From: Fidelibacterota bacterium
Lineage (GTDB): Bacteria; Fidelibacterota; Marinisomatia; Marinisomatales; JABMOV01
Assembly (NCBI GenBank): GCA_046861395.1
Contig: JBHHUC010000001.1
Coordinates: forward strand, 45,830-109,829
Length of the DNA: 64,000 nt
Direction: 5' to 3'
In this document: positions 1 to 9,339 of the stretch, one piece after another
Layout: each line of letters begins with the position of its first letter
Position numbering within the stretch: the first letter of the stretch is position 1
The notes under the pieces: generated by a model
The model's input: only the letters and a program-made list of their open reading frames with translations
Told to the model about the DNA's origin: nothing
The model's database searches: none
Made by a program: the position numbers and the translations under genes

Positions 1-62
1 AATTCAACCGTGGTATGCTGATGGTTTCGAAAAGAAATCAACTCAACCTCCTGGATAGACAT
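1..62 (-). CDS. recF: DNA replication/repair protein RecF, 5' end only (runs off window)
   Basis: Manual translation from ATG at 62: MSIQEVELISFRNHQHTTVE, the RecF-type N-terminal L-x-x-FRN motif; directly downstream of dnaN. Confidence 0.8.
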   Translation of the reverse strand, partial: MSIQEVELISFRNHQHTTVE

Positions 63-103
63 GGCGCGGAATCGCTGATGTGTTTCCGGATAGCAGGGGC
101 ACG

Positions 104-1219
104 TTAGTCGTTCAGCCGAATGGGCATCAGAAGCATGGTTATATCCCGGCCCTCCGGTTGCGTGGCGGGATAAAACAAGGCGGCGCTGATGGGCGTATTC
201 AGTTTCACGATAACGTCTGATTCATCCAGATGCGACAGAATGTCTTTCAAATACGATGCGTTATAACCGATGGTCAACGGTTCACCTTGGAAATCACAGG
301 ACAGTTTTTCTTCTGCTTTGGTAGCTTTTTCCGGGTCCTCTGTTGACAGATAAGTTTCATCTGTATCCAGTCGCAGGGCAATCTGATTGGTGGCTTTGTT
401 GGCAAAAATGGAGACGCGCCGGACAGCGCCCAGAATCTCATTGCGGCTGACAGTCAATATTTTATTATTATCCGTGGGCAATACACCTTCATAATTTGGG
501 AAAAGTTCATCAATAATCCTGGTATAAAACCGATCCTCTCCTATCAGCGCTGTGAGATGATTATCGCCGATCCAGAGATGGACTTCTTCGTTGGTGTCGG
601 CCACAGATTGAATCAAGTTAATGAATTTCCGCGGAACAATAAGATCGCCTTCGAAATTCCCGCCCTTGAAATCGTTCACGATATAGCGTACCAGCCGGTG
701 ACCGTCTGTGGCAACAGCCGTCAGGGCTTCGGGGCTGAATTTCATGTAAACACCGGTCAGGGCCGGTTTCAGGTCGTCATGACTCACGGCAAAACTGGTT
801 TTTTCAAAAATAGCCTTCAGGGTTGATGCTTCCATATCAACCGTTCGGGAATTGTCCACTTCAGGGATGGCGGGAAATTCTTCCGCCGGTTTCCCCATCA
901 GGTCATAGATTCCCGTATCTGTAATCAATTCCACCTTATTTCTTTCATTGACAGAGATTGTAATTCGACTGTCCTGAAGCTCATTCGTGATTTCCAGCAA
1001 GGTGCTCAGGGGAATCGCCGCCGAGCCCGGTTCTTCTATACTGGCAGGCAATCGTACAACCATGCTTATTTCAAGATCGGTGGACCGGAGAACCGTTTCA
1101 TTATCCCGGACCGTAAATAGCGCACAGCTGAGAATTGGTAAGGTGGACCGGGTGGGGGTTGCTTTGGCTAATTTTTGCAAGGCCGTCCGGAGTTCATTTT
1201 TGGATGTAGAAAGCTTCAT
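104..1219 (-). CDS. dnaN: DNA polymerase III beta sliding clamp
   Basis: 371 aa; STDLE, VATDGHRL, GYNASYL and C-terminal LLMPIRL motifs. Confidence 0.98.
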   Translation of the reverse strand: MKLSTSKNELRTALQKLAKATPTRSTLPILSCALFTVRDNETVLRSTDLEISMVVRLPASIEEPGSAAIPLSTLLEITNELQDSRITISVNERNKVELITDTGIYDLMGKPAEEFPAIPEVDNSRTVDMEASTLKAIFEKTSFAVSHDDLKPALTGVYMKFSPEALTAVATDGHRLVRYIVNDFKGGNFEGDLIVPRKFINLIQSVADTNEEVHLWIGDNHLTALIGEDRFYTRIIDELFPNYEGVLPTDNNKILTVSRNEILGAVRRVSIFANKATNQIALRLDTDETYLSTEDPEKATKAEEKLSCDFQGEPLTIGYNASYLKDILSHLDESDVIVKLNTPISAALFYPATQPEGRDITMLLMPIRLND

Positions 1220-1429
1220 AAATCCCTTGTGTTTTTATGAATATTATTCGAGAGAAAACAACTAACGAGCTTACCCAAACCACAGACCCGACACAAGAAA
1301 TTTTCATCCTAAACGGCTCTATTTCGCCATAACTTGAAAATACGGCTAAGGGTGTTGAATTTTCCTGATTTTAGCTGTATTCTCGCCATTACGGGCACAA
1401 GATGTGACACTGGTGGCGGACCCGGGATA

Positions 1430-1903
1430 TTATTCGTCGATGTCTTGTTTTTTTATTTTTTTCCGTAATGCCTTTTTGCGACTCAGCTTCTTTTTTTCGT
1501 CCACGCGGGCTTGGCGGGCGGACCAGCTTGGTTTAGTTGGAATGCGTCGCGGTGCTCGGTAATTGGCTTGCCGGATTATTTTTTTCAAAATTTCCAGAGC
1601 CGTGTCCCGGTTTTTCTTTTGACTCTTATATTCCTGAGCTTTGATTATCAGAGTACCGTCTTTGCTAATACGGCGGTCAGCACGGTTGAGCAGACGCATT
1701 TTTAACTCTTCCGGCAAACTGGAAGAAGGAACATGAAACCGTAATTGCACGGCGGTAGCCACTTTGTTGACATGCTGTCCGCCAGCTCCCTGGGAACGAA
1801 TAGCCGTAATCGTGACTTCGCTCATTGGCAAAACGATTGAATCTGAAATTTGTATATAATTGGACTGTTTCACGGTTGGTATTCTGAGCTGGACATCGGA
1901 CAA
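1430..1903 (-). CDS. arfB: Alternative ribosome rescue peptidyl-tRNA hydrolase ArfB (start uncertain)
   Basis: RSQGAGGQHVNK (GGQ motif), basic C-terminal tail RRIPTKPS...KKALR. Confidence 0.93.
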   Translation of the reverse strand: MSDVQLRIPTVKQSNYIQISDSIVLPMSEVTITAIRSQGAGGQHVNKVATAVQLRFHVPSSSLPEELKMRLLNRADRRISKDGTLIIKAQEYKSQKKNRDTALEILKKIIRQANYRAPRRIPTKPSWSARQARVDEKKKLSRKKALRKKIKKQDIDE

Positions 1904-1913
1904 ACGACAGGGT

Positions 1914-2263
1914 AAAATAAAAATAAAATAAATAGATTAATAAGAATATAATATTAATAAGGTCTGTGGGTTTGTGGAGAAATGTCGAGGGACAGTCCGG
2001 ATATCCGGAGTTGTTTTCCCCTACGTAACCAGCATTGATTTAAAGAATTGCTTTATGTGGAAAAGGGGTGTGGAGATGTGGAGAAAAACCCTGTTTTCAA
2101 CGGCATGTATTTTTTACCTGTTTTTGAGAGGAGGGAAAAGGAGGTGTGGATAATATTTTTCACCAAACTGTGAATAATCCTATATCATGAAACACAACCC
2201 CGTTATAATTAATAATGTTCCCGCTATGTATGGGGAGAAAAATTGTGGAAAGCTTGTGTATTA
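1914..2263. other. Chromosomal replication origin oriC (DnaA-box array, DnaA-trios, AT-rich DUE)
   Basis: Co-oriented boxes: TGTGGATAA 2145-2153 (perfect), TGTGAATAA 2169-2177, TGTGGAGAA 1973-1981 and 2077-2085, TGTGGAAAA 2056-2064, TGTGGAGAT 2069-2077, TGTGGGTTT 1965-1973, TGGGGAGAA 2231-2239, TGTGGAAAG 2244-2252; almost pure A/T tract 1914-1960. Confidence 0.88.
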
Positions 2264-3538
2264 TTCCATAATGCGGATATAAAAGCGGTCACGAACCTTA
2301 TCCATCCAGTCCTGGTAGATTTTCATCTTTTTCTGGTTAAGGGCCATCATTTCAATTTCCGACCAGTGGGTTTCCAGCGTTGGTTTTCCGCCGGGCTTGA
2401 TGTCTTCTAGCCAGAGTAGGTGATATCCAAAGGACGTTTTCACGGGAGGGCTAACGGTTCGCATTTCCAAGTAGGGAACGACCTGAGTAAATTCTGGAAT
2501 CCCGAATTCATTGGGATTGACCCAACCCAGATCACCGCCCAGGTCCCGAGTTTTTTCATCCGTGGAATAGGTTTTGGCTAGTCGCTTAAAATCTTCCAGG
2601 GTGGAAATGGAATCCCGGAGCGATAGGGCATATTCATAGGCCCGAGAGTCGTCCTCGTCCGTGATTTCGGGCGTAAAAAGAATATGCCGCATACGAATCT
2701 TATCCCCTTGTTTTTCCAGAGGTTGAATAAGATGATATCCGAAGGGCGTGGATACCGGATCGCTAATGGAATCGAGGGGCAGAGTGAAGGCAACCGTTTC
2801 AAAGGACGGGACCAGGGAGCCGCGCCGGACAAATCCAAGATCACCACCGCGAGAAGCCGTTCCAGGATCCTGAGAATATTGCGAGGCGGCATCGGCAAAG
2901 TCAATGGAACCGGACCGAATGTCATTTTTAAGTTGTTTCAGAAAAGAGATGGTGGCGGCTTTACTTTCCTCGTTGGGCTCAATCGGCAAGAGAATATGGC
3001 GGAGTTTTATCATGGTGGGGACAAGGGGAAGGCTGTCCTGGTAAGTATTATAAAATTCGATGACATCCTGGCGACCGGTTTTTACATCACCGATGATGGT
3101 TTGCTGATACCGTTCGGAAATGAGCATGTCGCGGATATCCTGCCAGTTTTCCCGCCGGTAATCCTTTATAGATTGCCCTAATGCTTCTTCCAGACGCTCT
3201 TCGCTTCCGGCCTGGGACAACATATTTTCTACCTGTTGTTCCATGGCGGCATCCACCTCAGAATCCTTGACTTCGATCGAGTCCAGCTTGGCCAGCTCCA
3301 GCAGAATTTTTCGATCCACTAACGACTGGAGAACCTCCTCTTCAAGCTGACGAAAGCGATCCGGCTGCTGACTGGGATAAACCCCCTGTTGCAAAGCTGT
3401 CATGGTTGCGATTTGAGCCACGTCGCTTTTCAGGATCAGGTGGTCTCCGACGACAGCGGCCACGCCATCCAGGTATGTTGGAGAATTCTGGGCAAAAAGG
3501 GTAAAAAGCAATCCAAGGGAAAGTAAGAAATGTTTCAT
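2261..3538 (-). CDS. surA: SurA-like periplasmic chaperone / parvulin PPIase
   Basis: Signal peptide, LDGVAAVVGDHLIL SurA N-terminus, two rotamase domains (RHIL...YSQDPGTASRGGDLG...FGYHLI). Confidence 0.88.
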   Translation of the reverse strand: MKHFLLSLGLLFTLFAQNSPTYLDGVAAVVGDHLILKSDVAQIATMTALQQGVYPSQQPDRFRQLEEEVLQSLVDRKILLELAKLDSIEVKDSEVDAAMEQQVENMLSQAGSEERLEEALGQSIKDYRRENWQDIRDMLISERYQQTIIGDVKTGRQDVIEFYNTYQDSLPLVPTMIKLRHILLPIEPNEESKAATISFLKQLKNDIRSGSIDFADAASQYSQDPGTASRGGDLGFVRRGSLVPSFETVAFTLPLDSISDPVSTPFGYHLIQPLEKQGDKIRMRHILFTPEITDEDDSRAYEYALSLRDSISTLEDFKRLAKTYSTDEKTRDLGGDLGWVNPNEFGIPEFTQVVPYLEMRTVSPPVKTSFGYHLLWLEDIKPGGKPTLETHWSEIEMMALNQKKMKIYQDWMDKVRDRFYIRIME

Positions 3539-4332
3539 TGAGTAATGTTCTCCAAATAGGTTTCAATATTGTTGCGGGCCATAAGACTGTCAAGAATTTT
3601 GCGGGAAGTGAGTAAAATACGTTTCTGTATCAATTGCTGTTGGATTTCGTCATAAGCTTCATCAAGGCTAATAATTGAACCGGCAGGATATTGTTTCAAT
3701 ATTTCTATGACATGATAACGATCGTCAATTTGAATCGGTCCCAGAACCTGCCGGTTTCGGGCTTGAAAAATCAAGTCATCAAGGGCCGGTAACAGGAACC
3801 CCTTTTTCACAATCGCGGCAGACACATCATAATCCACGAACAGAGCCTTCAGTTCGCCCCCGGAGCGTTTTTGTTTTAATATCCGGGCGATGTTCCTTGC
3901 TTCATTGAGTGACGGTACGGCAAAATGATAAACTTTTGCTTCGTCCACCAACCGGCGAAAGGAGGATTTATTTTCTTCATAATAGGCCTTGATTTCAGCC
4001 CCGCTCAGGGGGTTGCTGACAGTTACCAGTTCTTCCATAACCGAATCCCCGAGCAGTTTGCGCCGGTATTCATCCACCATTGATTGCAGCGTCCGGTCCT
4101 TATCGTAAGCATGTTCCAGGGCGGTCTGATACAGAACTTCATCCATAATCCAACGGGAAACAATATGATTCGGCGTAAGATTGGGGTCGGAATAATTTTT
4201 CTGTAACAGCTGAAAGTCTTCGACCGTAAGGACGTGGTCGTTCACCCGGGCGATAATAACCGGCTGCTCGGAAGCGGGCTTGGTGCACGCCACCAGAAGC
4301 AGGGTGCAGGTCCATAAAACGATGAATCTCAT
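3535..4332 (-). CDS. PpiC/PrsA-like peptidylprolyl isomerase lipoprotein
   Basis: Lipobox LLLVAC, IARVND, EIKAYYEENKSSF, GPIQIDDRYHVI; coupled to surA. Confidence 0.7.
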   Translation of the reverse strand: MRFIVLWTCTLLLVACTKPASEQPVIIARVNDHVLTVEDFQLLQKNYSDPNLTPNHIVSRWIMDEVLYQTALEHAYDKDRTLQSMVDEYRRKLLGDSVMEELVTVSNPLSGAEIKAYYEENKSSFRRLVDEAKVYHFAVPSLNEARNIARILKQKRSGGELKALFVDYDVSAAIVKKGFLLPALDDLIFQARNRQVLGPIQIDDRYHVIEILKQYPAGSIISLDEAYDEIQQQLIQKRILLTSRKILDSLMARNNIETYLENITQ

Positions 4333-4340
4333 AAAATAAA

Positions 4341-7300
4341 TTACGGCGAGTGAAGCCCGAACAGGTCCTTAAAAGTTTCCACTACGGCCATGACCGCTTC
4401 CGGGTTCCCTGCCCGAACGCTCACCAGAATATCGTCTGTTTTGGTTCGGGGAGAAAGCGAAAAGGGATTACCAAGAGACCGCAGCCTCCGGCTCAACGCA
4501 TCAATCATTTCCAAGGGAGAAGAAAAGGGGGCAAACCCGGACAATATAACGGTTACCTCCGTTTTAGTCAGCCTCAGGCTGTGTATCGGCGTTCCGCGGC
4601 AGCCGGCCCGGAGGAGCGCTACGGCAACCAGCCGCTGTGCCGACGGGGGAAGCGGTCCAAACCGGTCCCGGATTTCAGCCTGAATTTCCCGTATATCCGC
4701 TTCCCGCACTGCTTCGGACAGGCGTTTGTAGAAAAAGATACGATCTTCAACCTGCGGCATATATTCGGAATCCAGCAAGGCCGGCTCGGAGATGACGACG
4801 GAAACAGGAGGCGGAGCCGAATCCGTTTTCCCCAAGGTTTCATCAACCGCCTCTTTCAATATCTGACAGTAAAGATCAAATCCCACGGCCGCGATATTCC
4901 CGCTCTGTTTATATCCGAACAGATTTCCGGCCCCTCGGATTTCCAGGTCCTTGAGGGCGATATCCAAACCGGAACCAAGTGAAGTATACTGTTCAATGGC
5001 CTTCAGCCGTTTGAAAGCGTCATTTGTGAGAGAAACATTCATTGGCAGAAGAAGGTAGCAAAAGGCTTGTCTGTAGCTCCGTCCCACGCGCCCCCGAATT
5101 TGATAGAGTTGCGCTAGGCCGAACCTGTGTGCCTGGTCGATGATAATGGTATTGGCATTTGAAACATCCAGGCCCGACTCAATGATGGTTGTACACAGGA
5201 GAATATCAATTTCACCACGGAAAAACGCCAAAACAATTTTTTCCAGATCACGGCTCCTCATCTGACCATAAGCAATGGCCACACGGGCTGAGGGAATTCT
5301 TGATGTTACCTCTTTATAAACAAATGGTAATGTATCAACGGAATTGTGCAAAAAATAACTTTGGCCGCCGCGATCGAGTTCGGCTTTTAATACCCGTGCA
5401 ACGACATCCCAATCATGATATTTGATGAAAGTATGAATGGGTTTTCGTGAAAGGGGTGGCGTCTGAATTTTGCTGATATCCCGAATACCGACGAGAGACT
5501 GTTGGAGCGTCCGTGGAATGGGCGTAGCAGTCAACGTCAGTACGTCAACCGTTGTCTTGAGCCGTTTTAGCGTTTCCTTATGTTTCACGCCGAAACGATG
5601 TTCTTCGTCAACAATCAACAACCCCAAATCGGGGAAGGTCACATCCTGTGACAAAAGCCGATGGGTGCCGATCACCACATCCACCTCTCCCCGCAGCATA
5701 CTTTCCAGAACGGCAAGCTGCTCGTTATTTTTGCGGAACCGGGAAAGAAGGTCAACGGACACACCTACGGGCTTCAAGCGCGACGTAAATGAAATGAAAT
5801 GTTGATCGGCGAGAATGGTGGTGGGAGTAAGCAGTAGGACCTTTTTACCACTGGCCACCGCCTTGATGGTTGCCCTGATGGCCACCTCTGTCTTACCAAA
5901 CCCCACATCGCCGCAGATAAGTCGGTCCATCGGCCTGTCCCGTTCCATGTCCCGGACAACATCCTGAATGGCTTGAGCCTGATCCGGCGTTTCTTCAAAG
6001 GAAAAGGATTGAGCCACCGCCTCATATAACTCGTCGTTAGGTTGATAGCAGAATCCGCGGGAACGATTCCGATTGGCGTACATGGTCAGTAAATCCTGAA
6101 CCACAACCTGGGTGGATTTTTTCACGCGTAGCTTCAGGTTATGCCAGGATTTTGTTCCCAGCCGCGTTAAGGCCGGAGGGCGACCACCACCATGGATAAA
6201 CTTATGAATTTTATCAAACTTATCAATAGGAACATAAATATTGGAACCGTCGGCGTATTCAATGGTGATACATTCGGACGTCATATCGTTTTGCTGTAGC
6301 GTTTTCAGTCCTCGATATCGGCCAATACCATAATCGCGATGAACCAATAAATCACCCCACTCAATATCATCGATTGCCGAAATGGATTCGTAGGGCGAAT
6401 AGGCGATTTCGTCTGCCGCCCAGCGATAGCGATCCGGGGCCGTCCGCTGAAAAAAAACAGGCAGCGAGAGACAAAGGAAATTTTGTTCAAGAATTTCAAA
6501 ATGATCAGCCAGGCTGCCGTGAACCAACACAGGCGACCGAAAGGGCAGCTTTTCAAGACGAACCGCTGACTGCGAATTGTCGGAAAAAGCGAAAACGTCA
6601 GAGTGGTGTGCGTCAGAATTAAGGTCCGGCCGTTGAGCCCGAATAACCGTTTTATTGTCATCGTCACCCCTTTGTAACAGACAAACATCCTGCTTTATGG
6701 TCCTCAGGTGCCACTCATCGGATTGCTGCAATAATTGCTGAAGGGTATAATTTTCCCGCTCCGTTGTTTCGTCCCACGACGGTGGAAGAATATCAAGATA
6801 TTCCAAATCATGCACCCGCCGTTGCGAGAGGGGATTGAAGGTTCTCAGCGACTCCAGGCGATTGCCAAAAAACTCCAGCCTTACAGGAAGCGCGGCATAA
6901 AGCAGAAAAACATCAAGGATTCCACCGCGGGATGCAAATGTTTTCGGATAGGTTACTTTATCGCAAGGTTCAAAACCCCAGGCAACCAATGTGCGAACGA
7001 TGTGTTCTTTTGATATATCGGCATCTACGGTTAAATGAAACCCTTCCTGACGACTGTTTACCGGGTTTTTGACGGGAGTCTGTAGCCCGCCTTCAGTGGT
7101 AATGATCAACCCGCTGTTTTTCTGTACAAGAGCATTGTAGGCCTCGGACTGAAAACGTTCATATTCCAGATTAAACCCTTCGACATCCTGCCGTTCCATA
7201 GGTTGCTCCGGAAAGAAGAAAACAGAGTCGGGACGGAGATTGAAACAGAATCGATACAGCTCTTCCGCTTGTCGGCCGGAGAGACAAACACAGTGGACCC

Positions 7301-7454
7301 GGTCGATCTCCCGCGGAAGATTCAGGAGGGCAACAGAAACAAAGGAAACGGGACCAAGAAAAGAATGTTCTCTGGCCGGACGCCCACCTAAAACACGATC
7401 GATGAAAAGATCGAAGAAAGAATAGAGAGAAAGCGTTTCACGTGAAACATTCAT
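4341..7454 (-). CDS. mfd: Transcription-repair coupling factor Mfd
   Basis: RGGILDVF, VHRDYGIGRY (RID), GDVGFGKTEVA, DEEHRFG, TATPIPRT, QIRGRVGRS, TRCF C-terminal domain. Confidence 0.97.
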   Translation of the reverse strand: MNVSRETLSLYSFFDLFIDRVLGGRPAREHSFLGPVSFVSVALLNLPREIDRVHCVCLSGRQAEELYRFCFNLRPDSVFFFPEQPMERQDVEGFNLEYERFQSEAYNALVQKNSGLIITTEGGLQTPVKNPVNSRQEGFHLTVDADISKEHIVRTLVAWGFEPCDKVTYPKTFASRGGILDVFLLYAALPVRLEFFGNRLESLRTFNPLSQRRVHDLEYLDILPPSWDETTERENYTLQQLLQQSDEWHLRTIKQDVCLLQRGDDDNKTVIRAQRPDLNSDAHHSDVFAFSDNSQSAVRLEKLPFRSPVLVHGSLADHFEILEQNFLCLSLPVFFQRTAPDRYRWAADEIAYSPYESISAIDDIEWGDLLVHRDYGIGRYRGLKTLQQNDMTSECITIEYADGSNIYVPIDKFDKIHKFIHGGGRPPALTRLGTKSWHNLKLRVKKSTQVVVQDLLTMYANRNRSRGFCYQPNDELYEAVAQSFSFEETPDQAQAIQDVVRDMERDRPMDRLICGDVGFGKTEVAIRATIKAVASGKKVLLLTPTTILADQHFISFTSRLKPVGVSVDLLSRFRKNNEQLAVLESMLRGEVDVVIGTHRLLSQDVTFPDLGLLIVDEEHRFGVKHKETLKRLKTTVDVLTLTATPIPRTLQQSLVGIRDISKIQTPPLSRKPIHTFIKYHDWDVVARVLKAELDRGGQSYFLHNSVDTLPFVYKEVTSRIPSARVAIAYGQMRSRDLEKIVLAFFRGEIDILLCTTIIESGLDVSNANTIIIDQAHRFGLAQLYQIRGRVGRSYRQAFCYLLLPMNVSLTNDAFKRLKAIEQYTSLGSGLDIALKDLEIRGAGNLFGYKQSGNIAAVGFDLYCQILKEAVDETLGKTDSAPPPVSVVISEPALLDSEYMPQVEDRIFFYKRLSEAVREADIREIQAEIRDRFGPLPPSAQRLVAVALLRAGCRGTPIHSLRLTKTEVTVILSGFAPFSSPLEMIDALSRRLRSLGNPFSLSPRTKTDDILVSVRAGNPEAVMAVVETFKDLFGLHSP
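7434..7449. promoter_or_regulatory. parS centromere-like site
   Basis: CGTTTCACGTGAAACA, 15/16 match to consensus TGTTTCACGTGAAACA; lies in codons 2-7 of mfd (VSRET). Confidence 0.88.
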
Positions 7455-9331
7455 GTCTGGCGACCACGGGCCAATAAAACAGAGAGAACGGAAATGTCTG
7501 CCGGCGTAACACCGGAAATCCGCATGGCCTGCCCCAGGGTTTCCGGTCGAATACGAGTCAGCTTTTCCCGCGCCTCCAGGGAAAGGCTTGCAACTTCATG
7601 ATAATTTAATGATGTCGGCAGACGATACGATTCTTGGCGGCGAAGTGTTTCAACCTGCCTTAATTGTCGGCGGATGTAACCTTCATACTTCACGCTGGTT
7701 TCGACCTCAAGGAAAACTTCATCCCGAAAACAGGGATCAATGTTTTGTAGTGGGACGTGCTGGAAAAGGCGCTCGGGAAGATCCTGCAGGGTAACTTCAG
7801 GACGCTTCAGGAGCGACCGAGCCGGAATCTTTTGTTTTATCGGAGCTTCTCCCGCCACCGACAGGGTGGGGTTAATTTCCTCCGGCAAAACCGAACCATC
7901 CAGAGCCGCTTGAATTTCATTCTCCATAATTAGCAGAGATTGCAACCGCTCATAATATGGCTCGTCAATGAGTCCGGCGGAAAAAGAAAGATCAGCCAGA
8001 CGGCGGTGACTGTTTGAATATCGCAGCAGCAGTCGGTATTCGGCCCGGGAGGTAAACATGCGATACGGTTCAAGCGTATCCTTGGTAATCAGGTCATCGA
8101 TTAAAACGCCGGCATAGGCCACACTGCGATCCAACAACACCGGAGCTTCGTCCATAACGTGTTTGGCGGCATTAGCACCGGCGATTAATCCCTGAACCCC
8201 GGCCTCTTCGTAGCCGGAGGTGCCGTTGATCTGTCCCGCCAGAAAAAGACCGGTCACGGCTTTTGATTCCAGCGAAGCTTTTAGTTGTGAGGGTGGAAAA
8301 AAATCATATTCAATAGCATAGCCGGGCCGGAAAAAACAGGCGTTTTCAAAACCGGGAATCGCACGGATAGCCGCCAGCTGGACGTTTTCTGGGAGACTGG
8401 TGGAAAAGCCATTGATATAGATTTGATCTGAATTTTTCCATTCCGGCTCAAGAAAAAGCGTATGGGCACTCTGATGGGGAAAGCGATGTATTTTATCCTC
8501 AATGGAAGGACAATAACGGGGCCCAACACCGGACACGTCACCGGAAAACAAGGGCGAAGTATGAATATTTTCGCCAACGATGGAGTGTGTCTGACTTGTT
8601 GTTTTGGTCTGATAACAGGGAATGTTTTGCGGTTCAAAGTTTCGCGTACCGTAGGAAAACGGTGTGGGATTGTTGTCGCCGAATACAGGAGCTGTTTGGG
8701 CCCAATCTACCGTTTGTTTTATTAACCGGGGCGGCGTTCCGGTCTTCAGGCGGCCGCGGTGAAACCCAAGGGAAGCGAGGAATTCCGTTATTCCCGCGGC
8801 ATAAGGTTCCCCCATACGCCCGGCACGAATCTTTCGTTCTCCAATATGAATCAAGCCGTTTAGAAATGTGCCGCAGGTCAGGACCACTGCTTTGGCATCA
8901 ATAGATTCTCCACTGCGCAACACGACACCGGAGGTGTAACCTTCGGACACTAGAATGCGAACAACTTCGCCGCGCACCAGGGAGAATGTTTCCCGTTGAA
9001 ATACAGCCGCTTGAATCTGTTGTTCATACAGCCGCTTGTCAATTTGTGCCCGGGGGGACCATACCGACCGACCCTTGGAACGATTCAGCATTTTAAATTG
9101 TAGGCCGGTCTGATCGGCGATTTTGGGCATAAGGCCGCCCAGAACATCCATTTCACGTACGATTTGTCCCTTGGCTAGACCGCCAATTGCCGGGTTGCAG
9201 GACATACGGGCCACGGCGGCAGGGTCCAGTGTAACCAGGGCCGTTTTCAGTCCCCGGTTCAGGGCGGCATGGACGGCTTCGACGCCGGCATGGCCGCCAC
9301 CCACGACGATAATGTCAACCAGGAGTTTCAC
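7451..9331 (-). CDS. mnmG: tRNA U34 carboxymethylaminomethyl modification enzyme MnmG (GidA)
   Basis: GGGHAG, MSCNPAIGG, RLKTGTPPR, GPRYCPSIEDK, GQINGTSGYEEA. Confidence 0.98.
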   Translation of the reverse strand: MKLLVDIIVVGGGHAGVEAVHAALNRGLKTALVTLDPAAVARMSCNPAIGGLAKGQIVREMDVLGGLMPKIADQTGLQFKMLNRSKGRSVWSPRAQIDKRLYEQQIQAAVFQRETFSLVRGEVVRILVSEGYTSGVVLRSGESIDAKAVVLTCGTFLNGLIHIGERKIRAGRMGEPYAAGITEFLASLGFHRGRLKTGTPPRLIKQTVDWAQTAPVFGDNNPTPFSYGTRNFEPQNIPCYQTKTTSQTHSIVGENIHTSPLFSGDVSGVGPRYCPSIEDKIHRFPHQSAHTLFLEPEWKNSDQIYINGFSTSLPENVQLAAIRAIPGFENACFFRPGYAIEYDFFPPSQLKASLESKAVTGLFLAGQINGTSGYEEAGVQGLIAGANAAKHVMDEAPVLLDRSVAYAGVLIDDLITKDTLEPYRMFTSRAEYRLLLRYSNSHRRLADLSFSAGLIDEPYYERLQSLLIMENEIQAALDGSVLPEEINPTLSVAGEAPIKQKIPARSLLKRPEVTLQDLPERLFQHVPLQNIDPCFRDEVFLEVETSVKYEGYIRRQLRQVETLRRQESYRLPTSLNYHEVASLSLEAREKLTRIRPETLGQAMRISGVTPADISVLSVLLARGRQT

Positions 9332-9339
9332 GTGAAACT
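9324..9339. promoter_or_regulatory. parS centromere-like site
   Basis: Perfect palindrome AGTTTCACGTGAAACT with the 14-bp parS core; spans the mnmE stop and the mnmG GTG start. Confidence 0.85.

Noticed and set aside
5581..5596. TGTTTCACGCCGAAAC as a third parS
   Set aside because: Right half is out of register and not palindromic; explained by the Mfd RFGVKH coding sequence
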